This document shows positions 39,228-51,000 of a stretch of 64,000 bases of DNA, one piece after another (the first letter of the stretch is position 1; the number at the start of each line of letters is the position of its first letter). Position numbers and translations under genes: made by a program. The stretch lies in assembly GCA_017499595.2 (NCBI GenBank), contig CM039003.1:2232001-2296000 (forward strand), read 5' to 3'. This stretch comes from Psilocybe cubensis. Its lineage: Eukaryota. The notes under the pieces are model-generated. The model saw only the letters and a program-made list of their open reading frames with translations, searched no databases and was not told the DNA's origin.

Positions 39228-40810
39228 TGTTAGGAATCGACTTAAGTCAAGAGAGAAGAGTGCCCAAAGACCAAGTTGATATCGAAGCTGGGGTCTGACT
39301 ACTGACCCCAGGACCCTATATATACATGGAGACCGGAGTAACTACTTCCCGGACCAGAGTACTCGACATATGACAACTATCAATAGATGAAACAGGAGAA
39401 CGATAGACGTGGGACCGAACACAAAGATAGAACAAGGCATGACAGCGTGGGACCGTAACAGATAACGATAACGGATAGGGGTGGCACCAATACGTACCCT
39501 GACATCACCTCCCCTCTAAAGGTCGGTGTCCCAACGACCTGGTCTTCACCGTGGACGGTTTGCACCAAAGACACGAGGCGGTCCACCGCCACGACGCGCG
39601 GTCTGAATTCCCTCCCTAGGCTGAACAGGCCCGGGGCGAGAGTAACCGTCAGAGTGTTGCTGCGGAGCCCTGAGAGCATCCACCTCCATAGGCGAACCAG
39701 GGGCGAGCGACGAGGATGGGCTGGAGCGAGTGTCGACAGCCGTAGGAGTGGGCAAATGCGGAGAAGCCGTCCCGGAACGGGATGTCCGCGTAGTTGGGGT
39801 AGAGCTCGAGGTTGGAGTAGGAGAAGGAGGTTCAACGACGAGGGTAGGAGGGGCGGCAGTGGGCGCAGGAGGCTGTTTAGGCTTCTTGGACCTAGGGTTG
39901 CGGATGCGACGACGGGCAATCCGCTTGCCGATAGCAGAAAGAGCATCACCAACTTCACGAGCGGTGCCCCTAATAGTGACGGCACGCAAACCGGAGGTGA
40001 CGACGGGGGAGACCGAGATCTTTGCGTGCGAGATGTCGTGGATTTGGCGTAAGCCAGTTCCCGCGCGCCCTATGACATGGCCAGCCTGTTCGTCCGCAAT
40101 AGACAGGGTAGCGACGATCTTCTCGAGGGCGGCTTTGGTAGTAGTAGAGCGGATGGATTGGGGGTGCGGGGGCCCTGTAGTAGGGGTAGAGGTAGGTGCA
40201 GCCGGGCGTTCCTTCCTAGAGGTGCGTCGAGCGCGAGATGCGCGAGCAGAGGGAGTGGGAGCGGCAGGCGGTTTGGGTAGGGAGGCTGTGAGGCGTTCAA
40301 GTTTAGACTCGATGGCAGACAGTCGGTCATCAACCTTTTTATCGGCGTCAAACCGGACTTGCTGCGCCCTAAAGAGAAGGGCGAAACGGTCCTCAAGGGA
40401 CATCGTCATGAACCCATCGTAAGGCGAAGGAGGGTCGGCCATAGAGTATAGTAGGTGGGGGCAAGGTAGAGTGGAGTAGACAAGCGCTGCAGTGGATAGA
40501 GTACCAGGGCAACGTTGGGTAGCTTCGATATGCTGTTAGGAATCGACTTAAGTCAAGAGAGAAGAGTGCCCAAAGACCAAGTTGATATCGAAGCTGGGGT
40601 CTAACTACTGACCCCAGGACCCTATATATACATGGAGACCGGAGTAACTACTTCCCGGACCAGAGTACTCGACATATGACAACTATCAATAGATGAAACA
40701 GGAGAACGATAGACGTGGGACCGAACACAAAGATAGAACAAGGCATGACAGCGTGGGACCGTAACAGATAACGATAACGGATAGGGGTGGCACCAATACG
40801 TACCCTGACA
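39228..40810 (-). mobile_element. Non-autonomous LTR retroelement (1583 bp) encoding a KH-domain protein
   Basis: 277-bp LTRs 39228-39504 and 40534-40810 (TG...CA, one mismatch seen); 5-bp TSD GTCTC; PPT AGAGGGGAGGTGA; empty site present in the other Ngaro copies. Confidence 0.95.
39546..40442 (-). CDS. 298-aa coiled-coil + type I KH domain + PMEVD protein
   Basis: LSIADEQAGHVIGRAGTGLRQIHDISHAKISVS...RAVTIRGTAREVGDALSAI is a canonical KH domain with a GxxG loop. Confidence 0.88.
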   Translation of the reverse strand: MADPPSPYDGFMTMSLEDRFALLFRAQQVRFDADKKVDDRLSAIESKLERLTASLPKPPAAPTPSARASRARRTSRKERPAAPTSTPTTGPPHPQSIRSTTTKAALEKIVATLSIADEQAGHVIGRAGTGLRQIHDISHAKISVSPVVTSGLRAVTIRGTAREVGDALSAIGKRIARRRIRNPRSKKPKQPPAPTAAPPTLVVEPPSPTPTSSSTPTTRTSRSGTASPHLPTPTAVDTRSSPSSSLAPGSPMEVDALRAPQQHSDGYSRPGPVQPREGIQTARRGGGPPRVFGANRPR

Positions 40811-41000
40811 GTCTCCGTACGTCCGCTGTTGTCTGCTTATTGTCTCATAACTTCCCTGGTTTTCGCTGTTATCACCGACCTCAGGCATCCCTCAACGTTA
40901 GATGTCGTCGGATGTACTGTGTCGCGCGTTTCCGTGTGTTTCTCAAATTTATGCTTTCATGCCACCTTCAAATCTTTTCTTCAACCATCATACCTCCTTA

Positions 41001-43330
41001 CCGCTTTTTTGTACCTCCCGCAGTCGTTACACATTTTTTAGAGTACAAACTGCGCAAATACATCTCTTTTCTTTTTGCAGACGCCGCTGCTGATCACAGG
41101 GCGGGCGTCGTGCACCATCTACACAACATCGGGTGACCGTGCTTGAGAACATCTGAAAGCGTGATTAGTCGAGTTTAGATAATGTTTATTTACACAAGTC
41201 TAATCACGCCGAAGACCCGCTCGTTTCAGGGAGCCTCACCTCTCTGACCGCTTCCAGTTCAACAAACACCAACATTCAAGGGTGGGCTCCCCCCAGTTGT
41301 CGACCCAACATGTACCACCCGACATGAATGTTTGAGCTTTGTCTGAACAGGAGAACCGCGCTCGCATGCTTTGCAGCCTTTTCTCCGACACGTCTTGTCT
41401 CTGCAACAAGAAGTGCATCTCGACGCACCTCAGCATAAAAGACCGCCTGGAGAATCTGGTTCTCGCACTTTTGCGTCCCCCGCTCTCCAGGTAAGCTTTT
41501 ACTGCTCGAAACTCGCTCGACTTCATCACCGCTGACCTCTGTTTTGCGTCCCCCGCTCTCCAGATCACGGTCACCCGAGTCTCTCTGCTCTCTACCCACC
41601 ATCCATCCCTACAGTCACCACCTCTCTCAAACAATCATGGCTTTGCCCGCTAGCGCTTACAGTGTCTCTCAAGACACCCGGATGCCCAAGTGCTCACCAC
41701 GTCCCACATCCGTTCGGGCATCTCCCGCGTTCAGCTACGATTTACCTACACCCAACAATTCCGTCATACACCGTTACGGGCAGCGCACACCAACAGCGGG
41801 CGAACTCCTCGTACTACGCGAAGAACTAGAGGAGCAATTTAGGGACATGCCTGACATGGAGCTATTGGTTTACCTATTCGATTCCGTGTTATCGTGCCAC
41901 TCAGAGTGGGGTTGGCGCGGTCGTTTCATTCGCCAGTTCTTTTATGACCTATTCTACGAAATGCGTCGCCTAGGCTACTCCGAGTACGAATTGCTACGCT
42001 CTCTATTCCTGGCGCCCTGACGTACCCCAGATTTGCATGCGTTTCTTAGTACACACTGTCCCTTCACGCGTGCTACTCTTTTGTCCCGCTTTTTTGTACC
42101 TCCCGCAGTCGTTACACATTTTTTAGAGTACAAACTGCGCAAATACATCTCTTTTCTTTTTGCAGACGCCGCTGCTGATCACAGGGCGGGCGTCGTGCAC
42201 CATCTACACAACATCGGGTGACCGTGCTTGAGAACATCTGAAAGCGTGATTAGTCGAGTTTAGATAATGTTTATTTACACAAGTCTAATCACGCCGAAGA
42301 CCCGCTCGTTTCAGGGAGCCTCACCTCTCTGACCGCTTCCAGTTCAACAAACACCAACATTCAAGGGTGGGCTCCCCCCAGTTGTCGACCCAACATGTAC
42401 CACCCGACATGAATGTTTGAGCTTTGTCTGAACAGGAGAACCGCGCTCGCATGCTTTGCAGCCTTTTCTCCGACACGTCTTGTCTCTGCAACAAGAAGTG
42501 CATCTCGACGCACCTCAGCATAAAAGACCGCCTGGAGAATCTGGTTCTCGCACTTTTGCGTCCCCCGCTCTCCAGGTAAGCTTTTACTGCTCGAAACTCG
42601 CTCGACTTCATCACCGCTGACCTCTGTTTTGCGTCCCCCGCTCTCCAGATCACGGTCACCCGAGTCTCTCTGCTCTCTACCCACCATCCATCCCTACAGT
42701 CACCACCTCTCTCAAACAATCATGGCTTTGCCCGCTAGCGCTTACAGTGTCTCTCAAGACACCCGGATGCCCAAGTGCTCACCACGTCCCACATCCGTTC
42801 GGGCATCTCCCGCGTTCAGCTACGATTTACCTACACCCAACAATTCCGTCATACACCGTTACGGGCAGCGCACACCAACAGCGGGCAAACTCCTCGTACT
42901 ACGCGAAGAACTAGAGGAGCAATTTAGGGACATGCCTGACATGGAGCTATTGGTTTACCTATTCGATTCCGTGTTATCGTGCCACTCAGAGTGGGGTTGG
43001 CGCGGTCGTTTCATTCGCCAGTTCTTTTATGACCTATTCTACGAAATGCGTCGCCTAGGCTACTCCGAGTACGAATTGCTACGCTCTCTATTCCTGGCGC
43101 CCTGACGTACCCCAGATTTGCATGCGTTTCTTAGTACACACTGTCCCTTCACGCGTGCTACTCTTTTGTCCCGCTTTTTTGTACCTCCCGCAGTCGTTAC
43201 ACATTTTTTAGAGTACAAACTGCGCAAATACATCTCTGTTCTTTTTGCAGACGCCGCTGCTGATCACAGGGCGGGCGTCGTGCACCATCTACACAACATC
43301 GGGTGACCGTGCTTGAGAACATCTGAAAGC
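41001..43330 (+). repeat. Tandem 1085-bp B-A-X units (about 2.1 copies)
   Basis: Near-identical ORFs offset by exactly 1085 bp (41544 vs 42629). Confidence 0.92.
41637..42020 (+). CDS. 127-aa accessory ORF X in the Ngaro terminal repeat (other copies 42722-43105, 46976-47359, 48082-48465 minus, 62891-63274)
   Basis: Intact in all five copies, good ATG context (ACAATCATGG), helical-looking C-terminus. Confidence 0.6.
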   Translation: MALPASAYSVSQDTRMPKCSPRPTSVRASPAFSYDLPTPNNSVIHRYGQRTPTAGELLVLREELEEQFRDMPDMELLVYLFDSVLSCHSEWGWRGRFIRQFFYDLFYEMRRLGYSEYELLRSLFLAP

Positions 43331-43370
43331 CATCCCTTATTGTCTTTTCGCCACATCGGGGGTTCCCACG

Positions 43371-46300
43371 CGAGACTGCCCAACCTCTGCCCCCTGTCCC
43401 CATCAACGAACTTAGGAATAGCGTTGCTCTCGACACTATTGCGTGTTATGGTCATTTTTTCAACATCACCACGCCCATTAATGCTGTCCGTCTGCACGCC
43501 TACCTCTTGCAACACCCGAATCCCGACTACGTGAATTCTGTCATCGATGGCATCCAGAATGGGTTCTGGCCGTGGGCCGACACGGCTCGCACCCACTTGC
43601 CTCCGACCCTCGACGTCACCGAATACCTCACCGAGGAACGCCACATCACCTTCGCCAGCGAGCAGCGCGACATCAAAATCTCAAAGGGGCGTTTTTCTCA
43701 ATCCTTCAGTTCCTTGCTTCCCGGGATGCTTGCAGTTCCAGTAGGGGTTGTACCCAAGCCTCACTCCCACAAACTCCGACTCGTTGTCAACCATAGCGCT
43801 GAACCTTTCGCACGAAACTCGTTGATCGACAAAACACTGGTTTCTGTACCTCTCGACAGCGTTCAGTCACTCGGTAGTGTCATCCTTCAGCTGCGTCGGG
43901 AGGCCGGTCCACACGCTGAGCTCGTCCTCTTCAAGAGTGATGTGTCCGAAGCTTACAGACTCTGTCCTATGGCCCCTTTGTGGCAGATCAAGCAGGTTGT
44001 CAAGATCAACGGCCTTTTCAACGTTGACCGTTGCAACAACTTTGGTAGCAGAGCAGGAGGGGGCGTGTGGGGTGCCATTTTCAGCCTCATCTTGTGGATC
44101 GCTACCTCGATCTTGCTCATCCCTGATCTCTTTGGTTACGTCGACGACGTTTTCTCAGTCACCCTAGCTGGCAACACTCTTTGGTACGCTCCGTACAATA
44201 AGATTCTGCCCGAACCTCAAGCCCGACTCCTCATGCTCTGGGACGAGCTGGGCGTTCCGCATGCCGAAGACAAACAGCTCTCCGGCACAGCCCTGACTAT
44301 CATCGGGTTTTACGTCGACACCGTGGCCATGACAATCACCATGCCCCTCGACTCCCTCCTCAACCTCATTCATGCGATCCGCGAGTTTGCCGTGATGGGT
44401 CGCCGTCCAACACTAGCTGATTACCAAGCAATCGCAGGGTGGATCAACTGGGCGTTAAACACCTATCCCCTCCTACGCCCCTGCCTGTCTAGCGTTTACG
44501 CAAAGATGGCAGGCAAGCACATTTCCTCTGCCAAAATCTACGTCAATAAGCGCGTCTGCCAGGAACTCATCTGGGCGGCAAACCACCTTGAGACATGCAA
44601 TGGCGTGCTGTTCCTGGAGTCCTTGGACTGGGACCTGGCTGAGGCCGACTACATCCTTCTGACGGACGCTTGTCTGTTTGGGATGGGCTTCTGGTCTCCA
44701 TGTCATGACTACGGTTTCCAATATCGCATCGTGTCCGCCTCACGCCCAATCTTCTACTGGGAGGCTTACACTGTCCTCTCCGCATTTGCTTGGATCCTCT
44801 CCTCCTGTTCTCCCCCACCCAAGCGCGTCGTCATCTACTGCGACAATACCAACACCGTAAATCTTTTCAGCACACTTCGCGCCACTCCGGACTACAACCC
44901 CATTGTCCTCACTGCCGCCGACCTCATGCTACGTTTCAACTGCCAGCTGCGAGTGGTGCATATCGCAGGCGGTCAGAACACAGTTGCAGACTCCATTTCA
45001 CGCTTCGACAATCAAGTCGCCCTCTCCTTCCGTCCCAATCTCCTGATTCGGAATTTTTTACCCCCACAGTTGATGCTGGGGGCAGATCTTTGATGGCCCC
45101 ACTGTCCCGCCCCAGGCAACCCGCAAGGATTGCCTGGTCGCTCGAGCGCTTACACCATGAACAAGCTATAGCTCTTGGATTTGCGCTCGAGCCCTCCTCC
45201 ATTGCCGCCTACTCTTCCGCCCTCCACTCTTACATCGCTTTTTGCAACCTCCACGCTTTCCCTATCGAACCTACCGCTGATACTCTCAGTTTTTTCATCG
45301 TGTTTATGTCCCACCACATCAAACCCTCTTCCGTGGCTGCCTACCTTTCCGGCATCTGCAGCCAGCTGGAGGCTTTTTACCCATCCATCCGCTCAACCCG
45401 TCAGTCACAACTCGTTCGCCGTACCCTCACAGGCTGCATCAAACTCCGTTCTGTCCCCACCACACGCCAGACGGCTGTTTCCTCAGAACAGATGCTAAGC
45501 CTCCACTCTCGCCTCATTCACTCCAATGACTACGACACGCTGCTCTTCCTGGCCATTTGCACCGCCGCATTCAACGGTCTCCTGCGCATGGGTGAGTGCG
45601 TGTGGCCGGACTCTCACCACCTGCGTGACTACCGTAAGGTTACCCGCCGCGCCACAGTGGAATCTACGCCATCCTCCTTCTCCTTCTTGCTACCTTCGCA
45701 CAAGGCAGATCGCCTTTACGAGGGAAATAAGGTGGTGATTCACGCCTCTAACGCAGGACAGGAAGCCCTTCTGGCTCTGCAGTTATACCTCGCACGCCGT
45801 GACAATGCTTTCCCTTTGAAACCCGAGTTATGGCTCCGTAGCGACGGCTCAGTCCCAACTCGTCGTTGGATGACATCCTTGCTCAAGTCATCCTTCCCAG
45901 GCCTCAGAATCTCAGGACACTCGTTTTGCCCCGGCGGCGCCACCTACCTGGCATTGCGCCGTGTCCCTTCCCATATCATCCAGGCGATGGGCCGTTGGAA
46001 GTCTGACACCTTCCAAACCTACATCCGAGAACACCCCGCCCTGTTGGCGGCACTTCTCTACACCTCCGTTGACCCTCGCACCACCCCATAGATGCTTGTT
46101 TTTTCTGTCCTTCTTGACTCCCCTTTCCTGCACCCTTTCCCCAGGGCGTGTCTCCGTACGTCCGCTGTTGTCTGCTTATTGTCTCATAACTTCCCTGGTT
46201 TTCGCTGTTATCACCGACCTCAGGCATCCCTCAACGTTAGATGTCGTCGGATGTACTGTGTCGCGCGTTTCCGTGTGTTTCTCAAATTTATGCTTTCATG

Positions 46301-48008
46301 CCACCTTCAAATCTTTTCTTCAACCATCATACCTCCTTACCGCTTTTTTGTACCTCCCGCAGTCGTTACACATTTTTTAGAGTACAAACTGCGCAAATAC
46401 ATCTCTTTTCTTTTTGCAGACGCCGCTGCTGATCACAGGGCGGGCGTCGTGCACCATCTACACAACATCGGGTGACCGTGCTTGAGAACATCTGAAAGCG
46501 TGATTAGTCGAGTTTAGATAATGTTTATTTACACAAGTCTAATCACGCCGAAGACCCGCTCGTTTCAGGGAGCCTCACCTCTCTGACCGCTTCCAGTTCA
46601 ACAAACACCAACATTCAAGGGTGGGCTCCCCCCAGTTGTCGACCCAACATGTACCACCCGACATGAATGTTTGAGCTTTGTCTGAACAGGAGAACCGCGC
46701 TCGCATGCTTTGCAGCCTTTTCTCCGACACGTCTTGTCTCTGCAACAAGAAGTGCATCTCGACGCACCTCAGCATAAAAGACCGCCTGGAGAATCTGGTT
46801 CTCGCACTTTTGCGTCCCCCGCTCTCCAGGTAAGCTTTTACTGCTCGAAACTCGCTCGACTTCATCACCGCTGACCTCTGTTTTGCGTCCCCCGCTCTCC
46901 AGATCACGGTCACCCGAGTCTCTCTGCTCTCTACCCACCATCCATCCCTACAGTCACCACCTCTCTCAAACAATCATGGCTTTGCCCGCTAGCGCTTACA
47001 GTGTCTCTCAAGACACCCGGATGCCCAAGTGCTCACCACGTCCCACATCCGTTCGGGCATCTCCCGCGTTCAGCTACGATTTACCTACACCCAACAATTC
47101 CGTCATACACCGTTACGGGCAGCGCACACCAACAGCGGGCGAACTCCTCGTACTACGCGAAGAACTAGAGGAGCAATTTAGGGACATGCCTGACATGGAG
47201 CTATTGGTTTACCTATTCGATTCCGTGTTATCGTGCCACTCAGAGTGGGGTTGGCGCGGTCGTTTCATTCGCCAGTTCTTTTATGACCTATTCTACGAAA
47301 TGCGTCGCCTAGGCTACTCCGAGTACGAATTGCTACGCTCTCTATTCCTGGCGCCCTGACGTACCCCAGATTTGCATGCGTTTCTTAGTACACACTGTCC
47401 CTTCACGCGTGCTACTCTTTTGTCCCGCTTTTTTGTACCTCCCGCAGTCGTTACACATTTTTTAGAGTACAAACTGCGCAAATACATCTCTTTTCTTTTT
47501 GCAGACGCCGCTGCTGATCACAGGGCGGGCGTCGTGCACCATCTACACAACATCGGGTGACCGTGCTTGAGAACATCTGAAAGCGTGATTAGTCGAGTTT
47601 AGATAATGTTTATTTACACAAGTCTAATCACGCCGAAGACCCGCTCGTTTCAGGGAGCCTCACCTCTCTGACCGCTTCCAGTTCAACAAACACCAACATT
47701 CAAGGGTGGGCTCCCCCCAGTTGTCGACCCAACATGTACCACCCGACATGAATGTTTGAGCTTTGTCTGAACAGGAGAACCGCGCTCGCATGCTTTGCAG
47801 CCTTTTTTCCGACACGTCTTGTCTCTGCAACAAGAAGTGCATCTCGACGCACCTCAGCATAAAAGACCGCCTGGAGAATCTGGTTCTCGCACTTTTGCGT
47901 CCCCCGCTCTCCAGGTAAGCTTTTACTGCTCGAAACTCGCTCGACTTCATCACCGCTGACCTCTGTTTTGCGTCCCCCGCTCTCCAGATCACGGTCACCC
48001 GAGTCTCT
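43371..48008 (+). mobile_element. Ngaro copy 2, 5'-truncated (RT/RH-YR-B-A-X-B-A)
   Basis: Near-identical to copy 1 from about 36443; RT frame open to 45093; YR 45093-46091 has HSFR changed to HSFC. Confidence 0.92.
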
Positions 48009-51000
48009 AAAAGCGGGACAAAAGAGTAGCACGCGTGAAGGGACAGTGTGTACTAAGAAACGCATGCAAATCTGGGGTACGTCAGGGCGCCAGGAATAGA
48101 GAGCGTAGCAATTCGTACTCGGAGTAGCCTAGGCGACGCATTTCGTAGAATAGGTCATAAAAGAACTGGCGAATGAAACGACCGCGCCAACCCCACTCTG
48201 AGTGGCACGATAACACGGAATCGAATAGGTAAACCAATAGCTCCATGTCAGGCATGTCCCTAAATTGCTCCTCTAGTTCTTCGCGTAGTACGAGGAGTTC
48301 GCCCGCTGTTGGTGTGCGCTGCCCGTAACGGTGTATGACGGAATTGTTGGGTGTAGGTAAATCGTAGCTGAACGCGGGAGATGCCCGAACGGATGTGGGA
48401 CGTGGTGAGCACTTGGGCATCCGGGTGTCTTGAGAGACACTGTAAGCGCTAGCGGGCAAAGCCATGATTGTTTGAGAGAGGTGGTGACTGTAGGGATGGA
48501 TGGTGGGTAGAGAGCAGAGAGACTTGGGTGACCGTGATCTGGAGAGCGGGGGACGCAAAACAGAGGTCAGCGGTGATGAAGTCGAGCGAGTTTCGAGCAG
48601 TAAAAGCTTACCTGGAGAGCGGGGGACGCAAAAGTGCGAGAACCAGATTCTCCAGGCGGTCTTTTATGCTGAGGTGCGTCGAGATGCACTTCTTGTTGCA
48701 GAGACAAGACGTGTCGGAGAAAAGGCTGCAAAGCATGCGAGCGCGGTTCTCCTGTTCAGACAAAGCTCAAACATTCATGTCGGGTGGTACATGTTGGGTC
48801 GACAACTGGGGGGAGCCCACCCTTGAATGTTGGTGTTTGTTGAACTGGAAGCGGTCAGAGAGGTGAGGCTCCCTGAAACGAGCGGGTCTTCGGCGTGATT
48901 AGACTTGTGTAAATAAACATTATCTAAACTCGACTAATCACGCTTTCAGATGTTCTCAAGCACGGTCACCCGATGTTGTGTAGATGGTGCACGACGCCCG
49001 CCCTGTGATCAGCAGCGGCGTCTGCAAAAAGAAAAGAGATGTATTTGCGCAGTTTGTACTCTAAAAAATGTGTAACGACTGCGGGAGGTACAAAAAAGCG
49101 GTAAGGAGGTATGATGGTTGAAGAAAAGATTTGAAGGTGGCATGAAAGCATAAATTTGAGAAACACACGGAAACGCGCGACACAGTACATCCGACGACAT
49201 CTAACGTTGAGGGATGCCTGAGGTCGGTGATAACAGCGAAAACCAGGGAAGTTATGAGACAATAAGCAGACAACAGCGGACGTACGGAGACACGCCCTGG
49301 GGAAAGGGTGCAGGAAAGGGGAGTCAAGAAGGACAGAAAAAACAAGCATCTATGGGGTGGTGCGAGGGTCAACGGAGGTGTAGAGAAGTGCCGCCAACAG
49401 GGCGGGGTGTTCTCGGATGTAGGTTTGGAAGGTGTCAGACTTCCAACGGCCCATCGCCTGGATGATATGGGAAGGGACACGGCGCAATGCCAGGTAGGTG
49501 GCGCCGCCGGGGCGAAACGAGTGTCCTGAGATTCCGAGGCCTGGGAAGGATGACTTGAGCAAGGATGTCATCCAACGACGAGTTGGGACTGAGCCGTCGC
49601 TACGGAGCCATAACTCGGGTTTCAAAGGGAAAGCATTGTCACGGCGTGCGAGGTATAACTGCAGAGCCAGAAGGGCTTCCTGTCCTGCGTTAGAGGTGTG
49701 AATCACCACCTTATTTCCCTCGTAAAGGCGATCTGCCTTGTGCGAAGGTAGCAAGAAGGAGAAGGAGGATGGCGTAGATTCCACTGTGGCGCGGCGGGTA
49801 ACCTTACGGTAGTCACGCAGGTGGTGAGAGTCCGGCCACACGCACTCACCCATGCGCAGGAGACCGTTGAATGCGGCGGTGCAAATGGCCAGGAAGAGCA
49901 GCGTGTCGTAGTCATTGGAGTGAATGAGGCGAGAGTGGAGGCTTAGCATCTGTTCTGAGGAAACAGCCGTCTGGCGTGTGGTGGGGACAGAACGGAGTTT
50001 GATGCAGCCTGTGAGGGTACGGCGAACGAGTTGTGACTGACGGGTTGAGCGGATGGATGGGTAAAAAGCCTCCAGCTGGCTGCAGATGCCGGAAAGGTAG
50101 GCAGCCACGGAAGAGGGTTTGATGTGGTGGGACATAAACACGATGAAAAAACTGAGAGTATCAGCGGTAGGTTCGATAGGGAAAGCGTGGAGGTTGCAAA
50201 AAGCGATGTAAGAGTGGAGGGCGGAAGAGTAGGCGGCAATGGAGGAGGGCTCGAGCGCAAATCCAAGAGCTATAGCTTGTTCATGGTGTAAGCGCTCGAG
50301 CGACCAGGCAATCCTTGCGGGTTGCCTGGGGCGGGACAGTGGGGCCATCAAAGATCTGCCCCCAGCATCAACTGTGGGGGTAAAAAATTCCGAATCAGGA
50401 GATTGGGACGGAAGGAGAGGGCAACTTGATTGTCGAAGCGTGAAATGGAGTCTGCAACTGTGTTCTGACCGCCTGCGATATGCACCACTCGCAGCTGGCA
50501 GTTGAAACGTAGCATGAGGTCGGCGGCAGTGAGGACAATGGGGTTGTAGTCCGGAGTGGCGCGAAGTGTGCTGAAAAGATTTACGGTGTTGGTATTGTCG
50601 CAGTAGATGACGACGCGCTTGGGTGGGGGAGAACAGGAGGAGAGGATCCAAGCAAATGCGGAGAGGACAGTGTAAGCCTCCCAGTAGAAGATTGGGTGTG
50701 AGGCGGACACGATGCGATATTGGAAACCGTAGTCATGACATGGAGACCAGAAGCCCATCCCGAACAGACAAGCGTCCGTCAGAAGGATGTAGTCGGCCTC
50801 AGCCAGGTCCCAGTCCAAGGACTCCAGGAACAGCACGCCATTGCATGTCTCAAGGTGGTTTGCCGCCCAGATGAGTTCCTGGCAGACGCGCTTATTGACG
50901 TAGATTTTGGCAGAGGAAATGTGCTTGCCTGCCATCTTTGCGTAAACGCTAGACAGGCAGGGGCGTAGGAGGGGATAGGTGTTTAACGCCCAGTTGATCC

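Larger units (their letters stand above)
34561..43330 (+). mobile_element. Ngaro/DIRS-type tyrosine-recombinase retrotransposon, copy 1 (A-gag-RT/RH-YR-B-A-X-B-A-X-B)
   Basis: gag, RT-RNaseH and YR ORFs; split direct repeats A (427 bp: 34561-34987, 41169-41595, 42254-42680) and B (168 bp: 41001-41168, 42086-42253, partial 43171-43330). Confidence 0.92.

Noticed and set aside
39730-40422. 230-aa plus-strand ORF inside the KH element
   Set aside because: Antisense shadow of a GC-rich ORF; the LTR, PBS and PPT orientation favours the minus strand.
41150-41225. Hammerhead-like CTGAAA-stem-CGAAGA at the B|A junction
   Set aside because: The core deviates from CUGANGA/GAAA, and I found no convincing stems I and III with a cleavage triplet.
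41236-41634. 132-aa and 108-aa minus-strand ORFs in repeat A
   Set aside because: Non-ATG starts and no motifs; they recur only because the repeat recurs.
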